Shown here: one piece after another, positions 31,001-43,652 of the stretch
Layout of the letters: each line of letters opens with the position of its first letter
How positions within the stretch are numbered: position 1 is the stretch's first letter
NCBI GenBank assembly: GCA_964035545.1
Contig: OZ037771.1
Location: 2,925,628 to 2,989,627 of the forward strand
DNA from: Bugula neritina
Lineage: Eukaryota; Animalia; Bryozoa
Reading direction: 5' to 3'
DNA: 64,000 nucleotides
Program-made: the position numbers and the translations under genes
Notes under the pieces: generated by a model
Databases searched by the model: none
What the model saw: only the letters and a program-made list of their open reading frames with translations
What the model was told of the DNA's origin: nothing

Positions 31001-31838
31001 AGAAATCACAGAAACCAGTTAATTGGCTACTCACTATAGTAGTTACCAGTTAATTGGCTACTCACTATAGAAGGTACCAGTTAATTGGCTACTCACTATA
31101 GTAGGTACCAGCTAATTGGCTACTCACTATAGTAGGTACCTGTTGATTGGCTACTCCCTAGAAGACATACTAGCTGAATAACTTATTCTCTAAGGTTTTC
31201 AAATACATGCAAGACAAAAGAGACCTTAACTCAACTTGAGAAATGAACTTACATGAGAAACAGCATTAAACATCAATTAAATATACAACAAAAGTGAAAC
31301 ATAATGATTACCTGAGTGGCACTGTGTGCTGTGACTAATATAGTGTCATTTTCTTTACAAGGTTCTGGCTGTGAGATGAATGTAAAGTTGTGGGGGTTCA
31401 CTGTGACGTCCCCGTACTCCTTCTTATAGGGAATTGTAATAGGAGCAGGAGGATCTTTTGGTTCTATTTCTAAACTTTCATGCATTGCGTTTTTAGGTGA
31501 GACAATTGCACTTTCTGGCTTTTTCAATAGATTATGATTTGGTTGATGCACAGTTACATTGTGTTCAAATTTTGATAATTGATTATAAGATCCATGTAAA
31601 TTTTCTTTGTCCTTAGGCTTCTGCACTTGAACATTGTTTTGCTGTTTAATGTGAACTTCTGCATAAACTGTAGTGGCGTATATAAACAATATATACCTAT
31701 AATAATAACAACACTATTGTATAGTAAAGGCACAGTATATACATATAATATAACACTACAGTTAGATGTAGTATAAAGCTCTCAGTCAGCCTGCATTATA
31801 TTAGAAATAAAATTACCAGCATACCTAAAGAATAACAT
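28081..31838 (-). CDS. GT31 beta-1,3-glycosyltransferase, Brainiac/BRE-5-like, copy G1 (about 393 aa)
   Basis: Exons 31825-31838, 31312-31696, 30554-30783, 30285-30439, 29531-29710 and 28081-28298. GT31 motifs RSALRNTW, FILG, DLVQVNFMDTYRNNTYK, KVDDD (DxD), SKWYLS..EY and DDVYVGIVA; the NNTxK and DDVYxGIVA variants resemble Brainiac. Confidence 0.9.
31013..31160. repeat. 31-bp minisatellite in G1 intron 2 (about 4.5 copies)
   Basis: Unit is the reverse complement of ATAGTGAGTAGCCAATTAACTGGTACCTACT; same repeat as in G2-G4. Confidence 0.9.
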
Positions 31839-32007
31839 GACGTAACTCTGTTTCCTTTTCCATACAGTCACACTAATGTGCGTCAGTTTTGTTACATGCA
31901 GTTGCAGATTGCAGGCTGTTTTGGACCTTAAAATTTAAAATAATTATATTGACTTGCTTCCTAAAAAGTGAACTTACATAATTTGGTTTTTATTCTGAAC
32001 ACATCAC

Positions 32008-32060
<53 letters not shown>

Positions 32061-32120
32061 AAATGAGTGTTTATAAAACGTTACTAGAGTGCTCTATAGA
32101 AATAAATCCAGAGCGTAAAC

Positions 32121-32891
<771 letters not shown>

Positions 32892-34241
32892 TAGCGGCTG
32901 TTTATAAGTTTTGGTGTTGATGGTAATTAATTGGAGCCGTAAGTCTCGACTGATGCCATAATTATGAAAACTATAATAGTAATGTATAAAACAACATGTT
33001 GGTAAAAATATGCAAAGATGTACTATAATAAGTCACCAAGTTATTGTCAAACAATTAAGATTTTATATTATATTAAAATTCAAAGATATTAGTAGTTATT
33101 AAGAATAACTGTATTACCTGATTGGCTCTACTAGTTCTATAAAACGGCTGCACTAGTCATGGCTCTAGCACTTGACCTACCATGGCTAGGCCAAAGACAA
33201 AGCATGATGTGCAGCTTACAAGTATTTATATGGCTGGTTAAAAACTGATTAGTTTACAAGATGTGTTGGCTAACATAACATAGTTCAAAACAGGTGCTGA
33301 CGCTATGGAAAACAAATATGGCTAAAATTTAATGAGAATAAGGCTGACAAGTTGAGTATAAGTAGTTTATTGGTGCATTTTCAATACTTGGGTTTCTATT
33401 TATTTGCACCAACAGGATGTGTTACAAAAGGGCCATGCTGCCTGCTGGCCGTTACATATAGTACTCATTTACTAAATTCAGTAAACGTTTCTTTATTTTG
33501 ATTCATTTTATAAATTGTAAACTGTAAAGGACTGATACACAGTTATTAAGGTATGTAACTTATTCAAGTGTATTTCGAACTTTACATTCAAGTACACTGC
33601 AGCTAAAAGTGGCTGCAATTAGCTGCATTTAAACTTTGAGTTTACACACCACCTCTATATTCTAGTATAATATATTAATACAATAATATGTTACCTTGAA
33701 GGTGTGAAGTGTAGTTTTAGGTTGATTATAAATAATATACTGAGTAGACAGAGAAACCACATCTGTTGTCAGTCTGAGATCTAGAATTACTTTGAATTCT
33801 CACAATTTCATATAATTATCAGTGTTTTACCCTCATTACATCACAACATATAAGACATTAATAGATAGTTACCAGCAGAATTGAACATGTCTTTGTTTGG
33901 TAGCTCCTATTGCAAGTCCAGTGTAACTATAACTACTTGTAAACCTGATAACTGGTGCTGCAACACAACTAGTGTTGGCTTGCATCCAACTAATAAAACT
34001 CATGTAAACTTTTGAATGATAATATCTATTGACGTAGAGCAACAAATGATTTATAATAACAAGAATTAATAGACTACCTGCTATTGGAACTTCTTTGCCA
34101 GCATCTGCCATTTAGTACTCTAAGGCAAACCTAAATAACTCTGTTTTGTTTGGTGTAAAGATAATAATAGCGTGCAGGTCTAACAAAACATGCAACACAT
34201 ATATATATATAACCTTTGGTTAACTTATGAATAATCAAACT

Positions 34242-34295
<54 letters not shown>

Positions 34296-34480
34296 TTATT
34301 TATTGTACTTGTACAAATAAAACAGCCGAAGAATTCATTGCATTTAAGCTGTATATATTTATATAACAGGTAAAACTGTCAAATATAATAATACAAATAA
34401 GAAGAAGAGATATTGCCGAAGTTAAATGAACTGAACATATAACATTTTTTCACTTGAGAAGCAAAGCATGCAGTGAATGA

Positions 34481-36001
34481 TTACACACATTTGCAAGCCC
34501 TTATAGCGTTAGCAGTTTTAGTGGCGAGGTCTGCGCTGTTGAACGGGTAGTACAAGATTTTCACGGGTGTTTCTTCTTTTTCATCAGAAACGCAGCAGGT
34601 ACTTTGGCCTGACCTGCCCATACTTTGCATCATATCGTGTATAGCCATGCTGTTTGTAGGCATGTTACTCCTTTGAGCAGGAGAGAGGTTGGCACACGAC
34701 CCAGAGCAGTAGTTAGCTCTGTAAGATCTCGGAAAAGCAACCCAATCATAATTGATGGTGTCAAAGTTTATGATGAGGTCGTGTACGCAGCATCCTGTAC
34801 AGGAAGTGCTTCTTTTGACACGGTCTCGTTTGTCGAAGGTAAGGAAAGGTATGTTATGCTTGGTGATGGTTTGAGGAAATATCTGATAGTCACAGTTTAA
34901 GCACTGTAGGAAAAAGTTTAAAGTTAAATTTTTGGATGAAAGTGGGTTGAGTATGTCATTGGAAATGATTCTGTTGTGCCATCCCATGAGTTGCTTGGGA
35001 ATGTTGAACGTATCCAGAGGTCTTGCTGATATGCTGCCATCTTTTTCTCGTGTGAGGAGAAGCAACTGCAGTAGCATGTTTTTATGCTCATCAGAATGCA
35101 TAGAGATGTTAGAAGGATAAATGTGGTAGTGAAACTTCATCTCCATATTAGCAAGCTCATCGTCTGCTTCCACTATAAACTGGATAACTTCATCGTATCC
35201 TTCACCCCGAGCTGTAAGCAAAACAGAAACTTGTATAAATATTTAGTGTTAATTAAAAAGGTGTACTGATCAATGCAATTACAATTTTATAAGATACATG
35301 GCTAGGGGTGCAGGTCGGTTCATACACATTTGATTGGTAGTTTTGGTACACATCAATATAAATTAATTAAAATACAAATTTTTTGATATTTCTTAATTAT
35401 TTGATATATGGGTTTTGCATATTTCATAATAATTAATAAATAAGAGATTAATATAAAACATTGATCAAAATCAAACAGAAATAGTATCTAAGTTCCAATA
35501 GTTATATGAAAGTGAATATTATGTAATTGTATTATAATAGATTAGTATAAAACATTGATCAATAGATGACATTGGAGGTGTGAAAGATATAATATGATGA
35601 AATGCAATAAATAAGTAAAGTAGTATGGTTAAACTTTAAAGCGGTTATCCATTAGATTAATTTATTAATCATTTTGTGTATGGAAAGACTGTAACCCATA
35701 GCTAGTGCTAGCACTCGATAATTTTTGATATTGCGTTATATAATGTAATTACTAAGTATTGCATGGCCAATAATTTAAATGAATAATCAAAACAGTTACG
35801 CAAATGAATATGTATATATTAAAATAATATATTATTAAACGTGCAATCAGATTTTATTGCACACTAAAAGTTATAGTCACCTTTTTTAGCTAGAACTACC
35901 TTTGTATCGTTTCCCGCCATAAAATGCTCTTTTTCAGCTGCAGCCATTGCGTAAAGAAAAAGCATCAATTTACAAACTAGTCTACGCATAATGAATTTCA
36001 T
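34481..36001 (-). CDS. TGF-beta superfamily ligand, activin/inhibin-beta type (T1)
   Basis: Exon 1 35881-36001 (signal MKFIMRRLVCKLMLFLYAMAAA-EKEHFM...; alternative ATG at 35989) and exon 2 34481-35211. Prodomain GWH, CLNC and PFL motifs; furin site RVKR; 9-Cys mature domain C..CC...YCSGSC...CC...CKC. TATA-like TATATAAAA on the minus strand at about 36042-36050. Confidence 0.92.
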
Positions 36002-37169
36002 TTTGCTTTTACATTGTGAAGCTTATTGCTCCAAAGTCGTCTTTTATATATGATCATCATAAACACTACAGCATTGTGCGCAATACAACACATTTACTAT
36101 AATATAAATAACGCAAATTTAATCTATACAAACGTTGTTCATTTGAAAGCAGATAAAATAGAGATATTAATGCTAAACTTGGCTTAGCAAGGATAATTTC
36201 CTTGAGTGACTCTAGAAAACAATATTACAAACATAAGTCAGTAGTGAACAGCATCCATATTAATAGATATTTGAAGATTTAATCTTAAAGTTTAAAATTT
36301 GTGCAGTAATTATTTCACAGACATGTTTGCGTCTGCAGTAAAGTGAAAAATTATCTTTTGAGTGATTAGTTACGCCGGCCAAATCCCCTTTTCAAATTAG
36401 AAGATAAATATCATAAATATAACGCTGACTATCCAGATTAGCTTAGCTTAGGTTTACATAACAGTGAGGTAGCTAAGCAGCTTACAGATAATTTACTCAA
36501 ATAAATAGCTACCAGACAAACTAATTATCATGTTCGAGTTTGGGAACAAACTACTAAGCCGGGCTGCCCTAGTTTTCTTAATTCAGTATTCAGAGACCGA
36601 TTTAAATTGAATGACAGCAGCTGGAATTGTGCTTCCTTGTCCTATAAATGACTTTTTTAATAGAACAACAAAGAAAGTGCAGGTAGCAGATTTAAAATAA
36701 GCCAAAAAGGCTTGCAACCGAACATTAATTGAATAAATTAAATAAAAATTTGCATTGCTTGCATTTCACAGTTTTAAGGCTGACTATATATAATTTTAAA
36801 GCTAGTATAGTTCTACTTATGAGAAACCTCAACTGTCGTACAAAATTTTTTCTGAATGCATGGTTGTATTATTTCAGTACCACTATTTATTTAACATTTT
36901 TAAAATAAACAGCAAAACATTAATTTTTATTATTTTTTAAAATTTAGAAATACTTTTCTCCAAGGTGAACCAAAAGTGTATAATCTCAATATAAATTTGA
37001 AACAGCAATAAGTTAATGTAGTATTAGACAGAATAATATAGAATAACAAGTTATAATATAGAAGATTACAATGAAGCTATTACTAGCGCAATACTAAAGA
37101 GGTAAAATATTGATTGTATGAGTAGCTGAATACAAATGTAAACAAATGTTTGGAGCTGCAATGGCGCTG

Positions 37170-38870
37170 TTAGATGCAGCGACAGCCATGTACGGTATTT
37201 GTGTTTAAACCAAGCACTCTCTTGAGACCTGCATGAAAAGGCGTACTGGCAGGTAGTTCAACGGCCTCATCCGACACGCAGAGAGACTCTTTCTGAAACA
37301 TGGCGCTCTTTTCTGCTGACATCGTCTCAGTTATTGCGTCTCCCATCTCAATCTCACAGGAACCAGCGCAATAACTGGCAGTAAATCTAGAGGGCACCAC
37401 CATATGGTCCCAGCCAATCATATGATAATCAACTATCAACTCATGCTTACAACAGCTGCCATTACAGGAAATACTTCTCCTGTTTGGATGTAGTTTGTTC
37501 ATCACTAAGAACGGCACATTCTGTTGGGTCAGCACTTCAGGGAAGACTTTATAGTCACAGTTGAGACAAGACAGCAGAAATAACAGCTCCAAGTCTTGAG
37601 TTGCTGCACCTCCTGGTTGTATAGTGTCAGCAGATAGGGAAATGCTATGCCAACCCATCAGGTGTTTAGGGATCTTGAATCTCTTAAGGATTTCAGGTGC
37701 GACAGCGTTCTCATCTTCAGAGCTGATTAAAGAAAGTTCCAGAAGCATGCTGTCATGTTCCTCGTTATGCATAGACACGTCAGCAGGATACACATTGTAG
37801 TATAACTTTGTCTCAGTCAGTGCAATTCTGTCCATACCATCTATTACAAACTTGATACTTTCTCCATATCCAATAGAGTGCACTGTAAACAAATGACAAC
37901 TCGAGTAAACCGATGAAATAATTTATATATCATGGAATACAGTGTGTACATTTTTATTCACCAAAAGCTGAAAACCGACTGTTAAAGGTTTTTGGCTTGT
38001 ATTCATAAGTAAAACTGCCTAATGTCTCAGGCTATACAAATAAAATTCATGTTTTCTATTTAAAAATAATCAAAGATGTGAAAGGGAATTTAACTTTATA
38101 TATGCTTTTGTTTTTGGCACATCATTTGAAGTAATTTAGTCACAAAATTTCTGTTTTTCATCACTGTGTAAGAAATGGTGCAAAATAACTTGCTAGTATT
38201 TTATATATAGAGTTTTTACCAACCTTATAACTTATGAGTTACTACTGTAGTAACACTAGTTGCATTTTTAAAAATGACGAAAAAGCTAATAATATTCCGT
38301 CATTACATACAAGTTTAATACTGAAAATGAAGGAAGCTGTAAACGCTTAGCAGCTAAACTCTATCTAGTGCTTAAATAAGGAGCTATTACCTAACCGGAG
38401 TTTTTAACTTCTAGTAAATATTTTTAGCCATGTTGCTTTAATTCAATAGCAAGCAATTCGACATGATGCTAAACGTACTATGTTTTATAACCAGTATCAA
38501 TGTCACCATGACACACTAACAGTAACTGAGCCTTACTGGATAACTACAATAAGGGAGCAGACTGTTAAATAAATGACAATCCAATTGCCAGTTATATACT
38601 ACTTGCCAGAGTATAGTCAAGGTTTTCATTTCAGTTGAAATCATACACAATAAGGATGTTGCATTTTAATCATATTCATAATGATAACCGTAACGGTGCT
38701 ACGACATTACTGATTAATGGTTCCTTTATACCTCTTTGAGATATGAGAACTTTATCAGCGCTATCTTCCATGAAGTGAGCCTCTACAGATGTCGTCTGCA
38801 CAGAAGAGAAGAGTCTGGCTACGAAGAGAAAGAATATGAGTTGAGTCATACTATGTAGCATATAAACCAT
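37170..38870 (-). CDS. Divergent TGF-beta superfamily ligand (T2), 8-Cys, lacking the interchain cysteine
   Basis: Exon 1 38732-38870 (signal plus EAHFM) and exon 2 37170-37882, with the same intron position and phase as T1/T3. Mature region SISCNGSCC...YCAGSC...SLCV...CRCI. Confidence 0.9.
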
Positions 38871-39581
38871 TACTTGCTACACTGACCAATGCATCATTGA
38901 ATACAACTTCAATATGGTAATTATATGCTGTTATGTAACACACTAGCCTCTTATTCATAAACTACTACTTCGCCACTCAATAGCTTCAGTGTTCAGCTGC
39001 TCTGAATTGCATGAATTCTATATTTAGCATCAAGTAATTAGGGTTTGTTTGGTTTTGAGCTACATGCAAAGTGTCTCCTAAATTATCAGAGAGTTCTCAA
39101 ACCTGCTCGTAGGGACAGAATAAACTTTTATAAGAAATTTAAATGTTGTTTCGCCTAATTTTGCATTATTATTGCAGTTTTTGTAATCAAGAAATTAAAG
39201 TAAGATAGAATATGTTTTCTTGAATTGATATCTTTTAATTTGGCAACTTGCCAACCTCATTGCTCTAAAATCTCAAAGCTAAAACATTTAATAAGGCTGC
39301 CAATGTTAGCATGAAAGCCTAAACAGTTATGAAACTATGCAAACACTATGTCCTTCAATACAATGATCAACTTTCATCTGAAAAAATGTCAAAAAAAAAG
39401 AAATTCAAACAATAATAATAATGTGGACGCTAAAGTCGTTACTATATTTTAAATAATGTTTTTTGATAAAGGCTGCTGATTGGCTGGATGTAGGTTGCAC
39501 ATTGCTCTACTATTGGACATCAACTCTACGGTTTGTTTATAATTGGCTTTAATGCTTGTTTTGTAAACAAAATAGTATTGG

Positions 39582-39681
39582 TAGTATTTATAGTAGCATT
39601 TATAGTATTTATAGTAGTATTTATAGTAGTATTTATAGTAGTATTTATAGTAGTATTTATAGTAGTATTTATAGTATTTAT
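39582..39681. repeat. (GTATTTATAGTA)n short tandem repeat between T2 and T3
   Basis: Visible 9-12-bp periodic tract; source of the INTT and VVFI spurious ORFs. Confidence 0.9.
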
Positions 39682-39963
39682 GAAAATTAAAGCAAAACAG
39701 ATTGACTTTCTCAAAATTCTAATCTCCAGCAAAAGTTGAGTCAACAACTGGTTAATCTTCACAAATATTTCTCTCAGTTGAATCCCAACTCATTCTTTCC
39801 AATCTTAGATGAAAACCCACGCTTTGCACGATGACGCAAATGGACAAAATTTAAATAGTAAATCTGGGACTGATGCAACAAATCTTTTCATAACCTCCAT
39901 CAAACATAATCGCATTAAATATTTACATTATTGGCGGAAACTTCTTTCTAAGAATTAGTCTCC

Positions 39964-39972
39964 TTTATAAAT
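39964..39972 (+). promoter_or_regulatory. Putative TATA box of T3
   Basis: TTTATAAAT about 75 bp upstream of the T3 ATG at 40042. Supported by position only, in an AT-rich genome. Confidence 0.35.
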
Positions 39973-40041
39973 GGCCGCTTGAATTCTTACGGATAAATTC
40001 AAATCAGCCGTTAAAGACTAGAAGTCAAAGAAAAGTCTAAC

Positions 40042-41836
40042 ATGGAGATAATTGCTGTTATTTTTGCTGTTCTAACTTTGGCTGTAGCTAAAGATGAACA
40101 CTTTATGACCAACAAATCAGATATAGTACTCACGTCTACTAAAGGTATAGGAGTTATTCTTTTTCTTTAAATAATGTTCTTGCAACTTTTATGCTATATT
40201 GTATATATTGTTTATAACACAATTCATAATAGTTACTGCATTGTAATGCAAATATCATTATATATAATATAGATATGCTTTCAATTTTCTTAACTATCTT
40301 TTTGGTTGAAGTATATATGTGCTTGGTTTGAAGGTTTGACATATTATTTAATATTATTTATTAATAATTAGGCTACATATTATGTAACACGTTGCTTGCT
40401 CAGATTATATACACTGCATAGTTGAATTTAAATTTATCTAAGGCAATAGATATTAAAATATTCCGGATGTGGGAGTTTGGAGTTGTGACATGACACATGA
40501 CATACCTATAAATATATTTATCCGTATCATAATAGTTACATAAAATATTATATTATATGTACCTTATATGCTATTGTTCAAATATTATTTATGTCAATAT
40601 CAAGAAACAAGCTGTAATTAAAATTATACCACATATTAGAATAATAAGTTGTAAAAGTAAAATAGCTTTTAAACCAGCTTTTTTATAATTAGACTTTACA
40701 ACAAATAATGATTTAGAAATAAAGCGTTGTTTGCCAACATAATTGCATGCATATATTATAAGCTACTGAACTTAATGAAATTTGCAATTTATGCTGCAAA
40801 AAATGAAAAGCTCAAAAATAAAAACAAAGTACTAAAAAACTGTTCAATTAAAAAGTTCATGTTACTTTACGATTAATTTAAGCCTACGCTATCAAAATAT
40901 TGATTTTATTTATATTTTATTAAACAACCTCATTGAGAGCAATAAGCCTTCCGAATATTGACTAGTCACCTTTCTGTCTTGTCACTAGTTGCAGCTGCAA
41001 TCTACTCTCCAGTTTGTAATGAGTCTTAATAATTACAAATCTTGCTTTTTATTCCACAAAAAGTATTTGTACTTTTAGTGCACTCTACTGGGTATGGGGA
41101 AACAATTCAGTTTGTGGTGAAGTCTGAAGTTAGAAGTCAAGACATTTCAGAAGCAAGGCTGTACTTTCACGTTTACCTTGACAACATCATTATGGAGAAA
41201 GGAAGGGAGCACGAGCAGATGTCCCTACAGTTGGGCGTGTTGAGATCTGAGGCTAAAGATGGCGTATCTGATCAGCTTCTGGAACTGATGAACGTTCCTC
41301 TGCTGATGGGTTGGCACGATAGAGTTATTCCAGAACGTCTACTTCACTCTGAGGTGCTACGAAAAGGCAACACGACAAAGGATTTGAAACTGGTCTTCTA
41401 TCTCAACTGCACTAACTGTAATTATAAGGTATTTCCTCAAACTATGACTAAACACAATGTCCCTTTCCTAACTCTCAACAAGCGAGAGCGAGTCAAAAGG
41501 GGAGCACGATGTACAGGCTGTTGCTTACATGGTTTAATTGTTGACTTTTCCTTCCTTCCTAAGTACAACTGGGTAATCACTCCCAGACGGTATGTAGCCA
41601 ATTACTGTGCTGGGTCATGTTCAAACCCAGACCCAGCGATGCGTATGCACATGCCCTCAGAAAGTATAGCTCGCAACAAGATGATTGACTCAATAGGAAA
41701 TACTAACGGAGCTTCTTGTTGCACCTCAGATGTTACCAAACAGGACCCTATCACTACTCTGTATAGAGATATACATGGTAATCTCCAGGCCTCTAGAACT
41801 AGCATTTATTCTATTCAAGAGTGCACTTGCTCTTAA
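40042..41836 (+). CDS. TGF-beta superfamily ligand, activin/inhibin-beta type (T3)
   Basis: Exon 1 40042-40144 (MEIIAVIFAVLTLAVA-KDEHFMTNKSDIVLTSTK) and exon 2 41079-41836. EARLYFHVY, GWH, CTNC, PFL motifs, RVKR site and a 9-Cys mature domain; AATAAA at about 42017. Confidence 0.93.
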
Positions 41837-43652
41837 ATCACAGTAAATGAGTGAGTAAGGATGTACTTTTTGGAGGAGGGGGATGTGCTAAAGAACTCTA
41901 AATAATGCAAATTAACATTTCTCATGTTATTTTTTGTTCTTGGATCAAGATAAACTTTAGCTTTTCAACTTTGTAAATTTTTAAAAGTTTCAACAGTTCT
42001 TTTCCTTGGAAAATGAAATAAAATGACTTCTCAGTTAAAAGCAATGTTTTATAGCTGTGTGTGAATTCAATTAATAAGCTCTCATAGTTACATAGAATTA
42101 AATAAGTTATCAGTTTTTTCTCTTGAAAAAGACAATTCTAAGTTTAATCAGCATTTTAATTTTTTTAGATATAAGCAATTACTTGCTTTCCTCATAACGT
42201 GAACAAACAGGGTCAATATTAATTTAGCGTCAAATCTCCTTAAAGTTTGTCTCTCCATTCACTGTGTTCAGGTGTTTTGCTAAATATGCAATAAAACTAA
42301 AATTTTCAGGTTTTTAATTAAAAATAATAATAAACTTATTTATGTAGTTAAAGCCTATACATTGTCTTATAAAATAAAAATAGTTAATAAAAATTTGTTA
42401 TCAATTTAATTGCATATTTGTTGTAGGCTATAACTTATTGGTTACATTTCACTTCATTAATTCTACAACCAGAACCTCTGCAGAAAACGTTAGTAACAAC
42501 ACAAAATTGCATGTAATAAAAGCCGCACAGCTATTTTTTAGAAGAATATATTTTGCACCGAAACTTGCAAAAAATTTATGATACAAATGATAATGGTGGG
42601 ATTTTAAAGTTGATACACACTTCTGATTGAGTGAGATTTACATGGGTTATTACAGTGGTCATGGCTAACCTTCAACTATAGTGTAAAGAGGTATTGATTT
42701 GTAATAGATGTCCTGCACAAGCTTTATCTAATTATCTTTAAATATTGAAAACAAAAGTGAATCACTTCACATCAAACTAAACAGAGCTAGTTAGGTTAAC
42801 CATAGCATGATTTTTGTCACATGAGGACATAAAAATTCAATACTAGGTAGCCTGTTGATTCTTTATGCTCACTATTGTTTGTATTCATTCCCTATGTACA
42901 CCATTGTGCTAAGTGAATAGATATTATCATTTGAAACTTCGCATACTTTTTATTCAATAGATGCATGCAAGCACTAGTAGTGTCAGAAAGCAGATTGTTT
43001 AGGGTGCAACTAGCTATGGCGTATTTTTCTGAAATAGTGACAACTTTCTGCGTTCAACACTGCTGGTAACTATCTATTAATATTTTATATGTTGTGATGT
43101 AGTTAGGGTAAAAATTATTATTTGAAATTATGAGAATTAATAGTAATTCTAGCTCTCAGACTGACAACAGATTTGGTTTCTCTGCCTACTCAGTATATTA
43201 TCTATGATCAATCTAAAACTACACCTCGCACCTTCAAGGTAACACATTATTGTATTAATGTATACTAGAATATAGAGGTGGTGTGTAAACTCACAGTTCA
43301 AAAGCAGCTACTTGCAGCCACTTTTAGCTGCAGTGTACTTGGATAAAAATAGTTTAAAGCAGACTCAGTGATACAAATAATTAAACAAACCACAAATAGG
43401 GTAATTTCTATGATTTCAGTATGGGGGTACTATCTATAATATTTGGGCTTTATAATAAACAATTGTAGTTAGCAGTTAGCAGTGTGTTGACAATAATATC
43501 CAAATTATAAAATTCTCATGTTCTTTGGAATTGAATAGCTAAATTTCTTTTTGGCTTTTAAGATCTATAAGAACAACCCGCCACTTGTAACTGAATGTAG
43601 CAATTAGACTCACGTTAGTGTAACTGTATGGAAGAGGAAACAGAGTTACGTC

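Noticed and set aside
39526-39762. Membrane-protein-like (VVFI)n and (INTT)n ORFs
   Set aside because: Translation of a short tandem repeat in the T2-T3 intergenic region.
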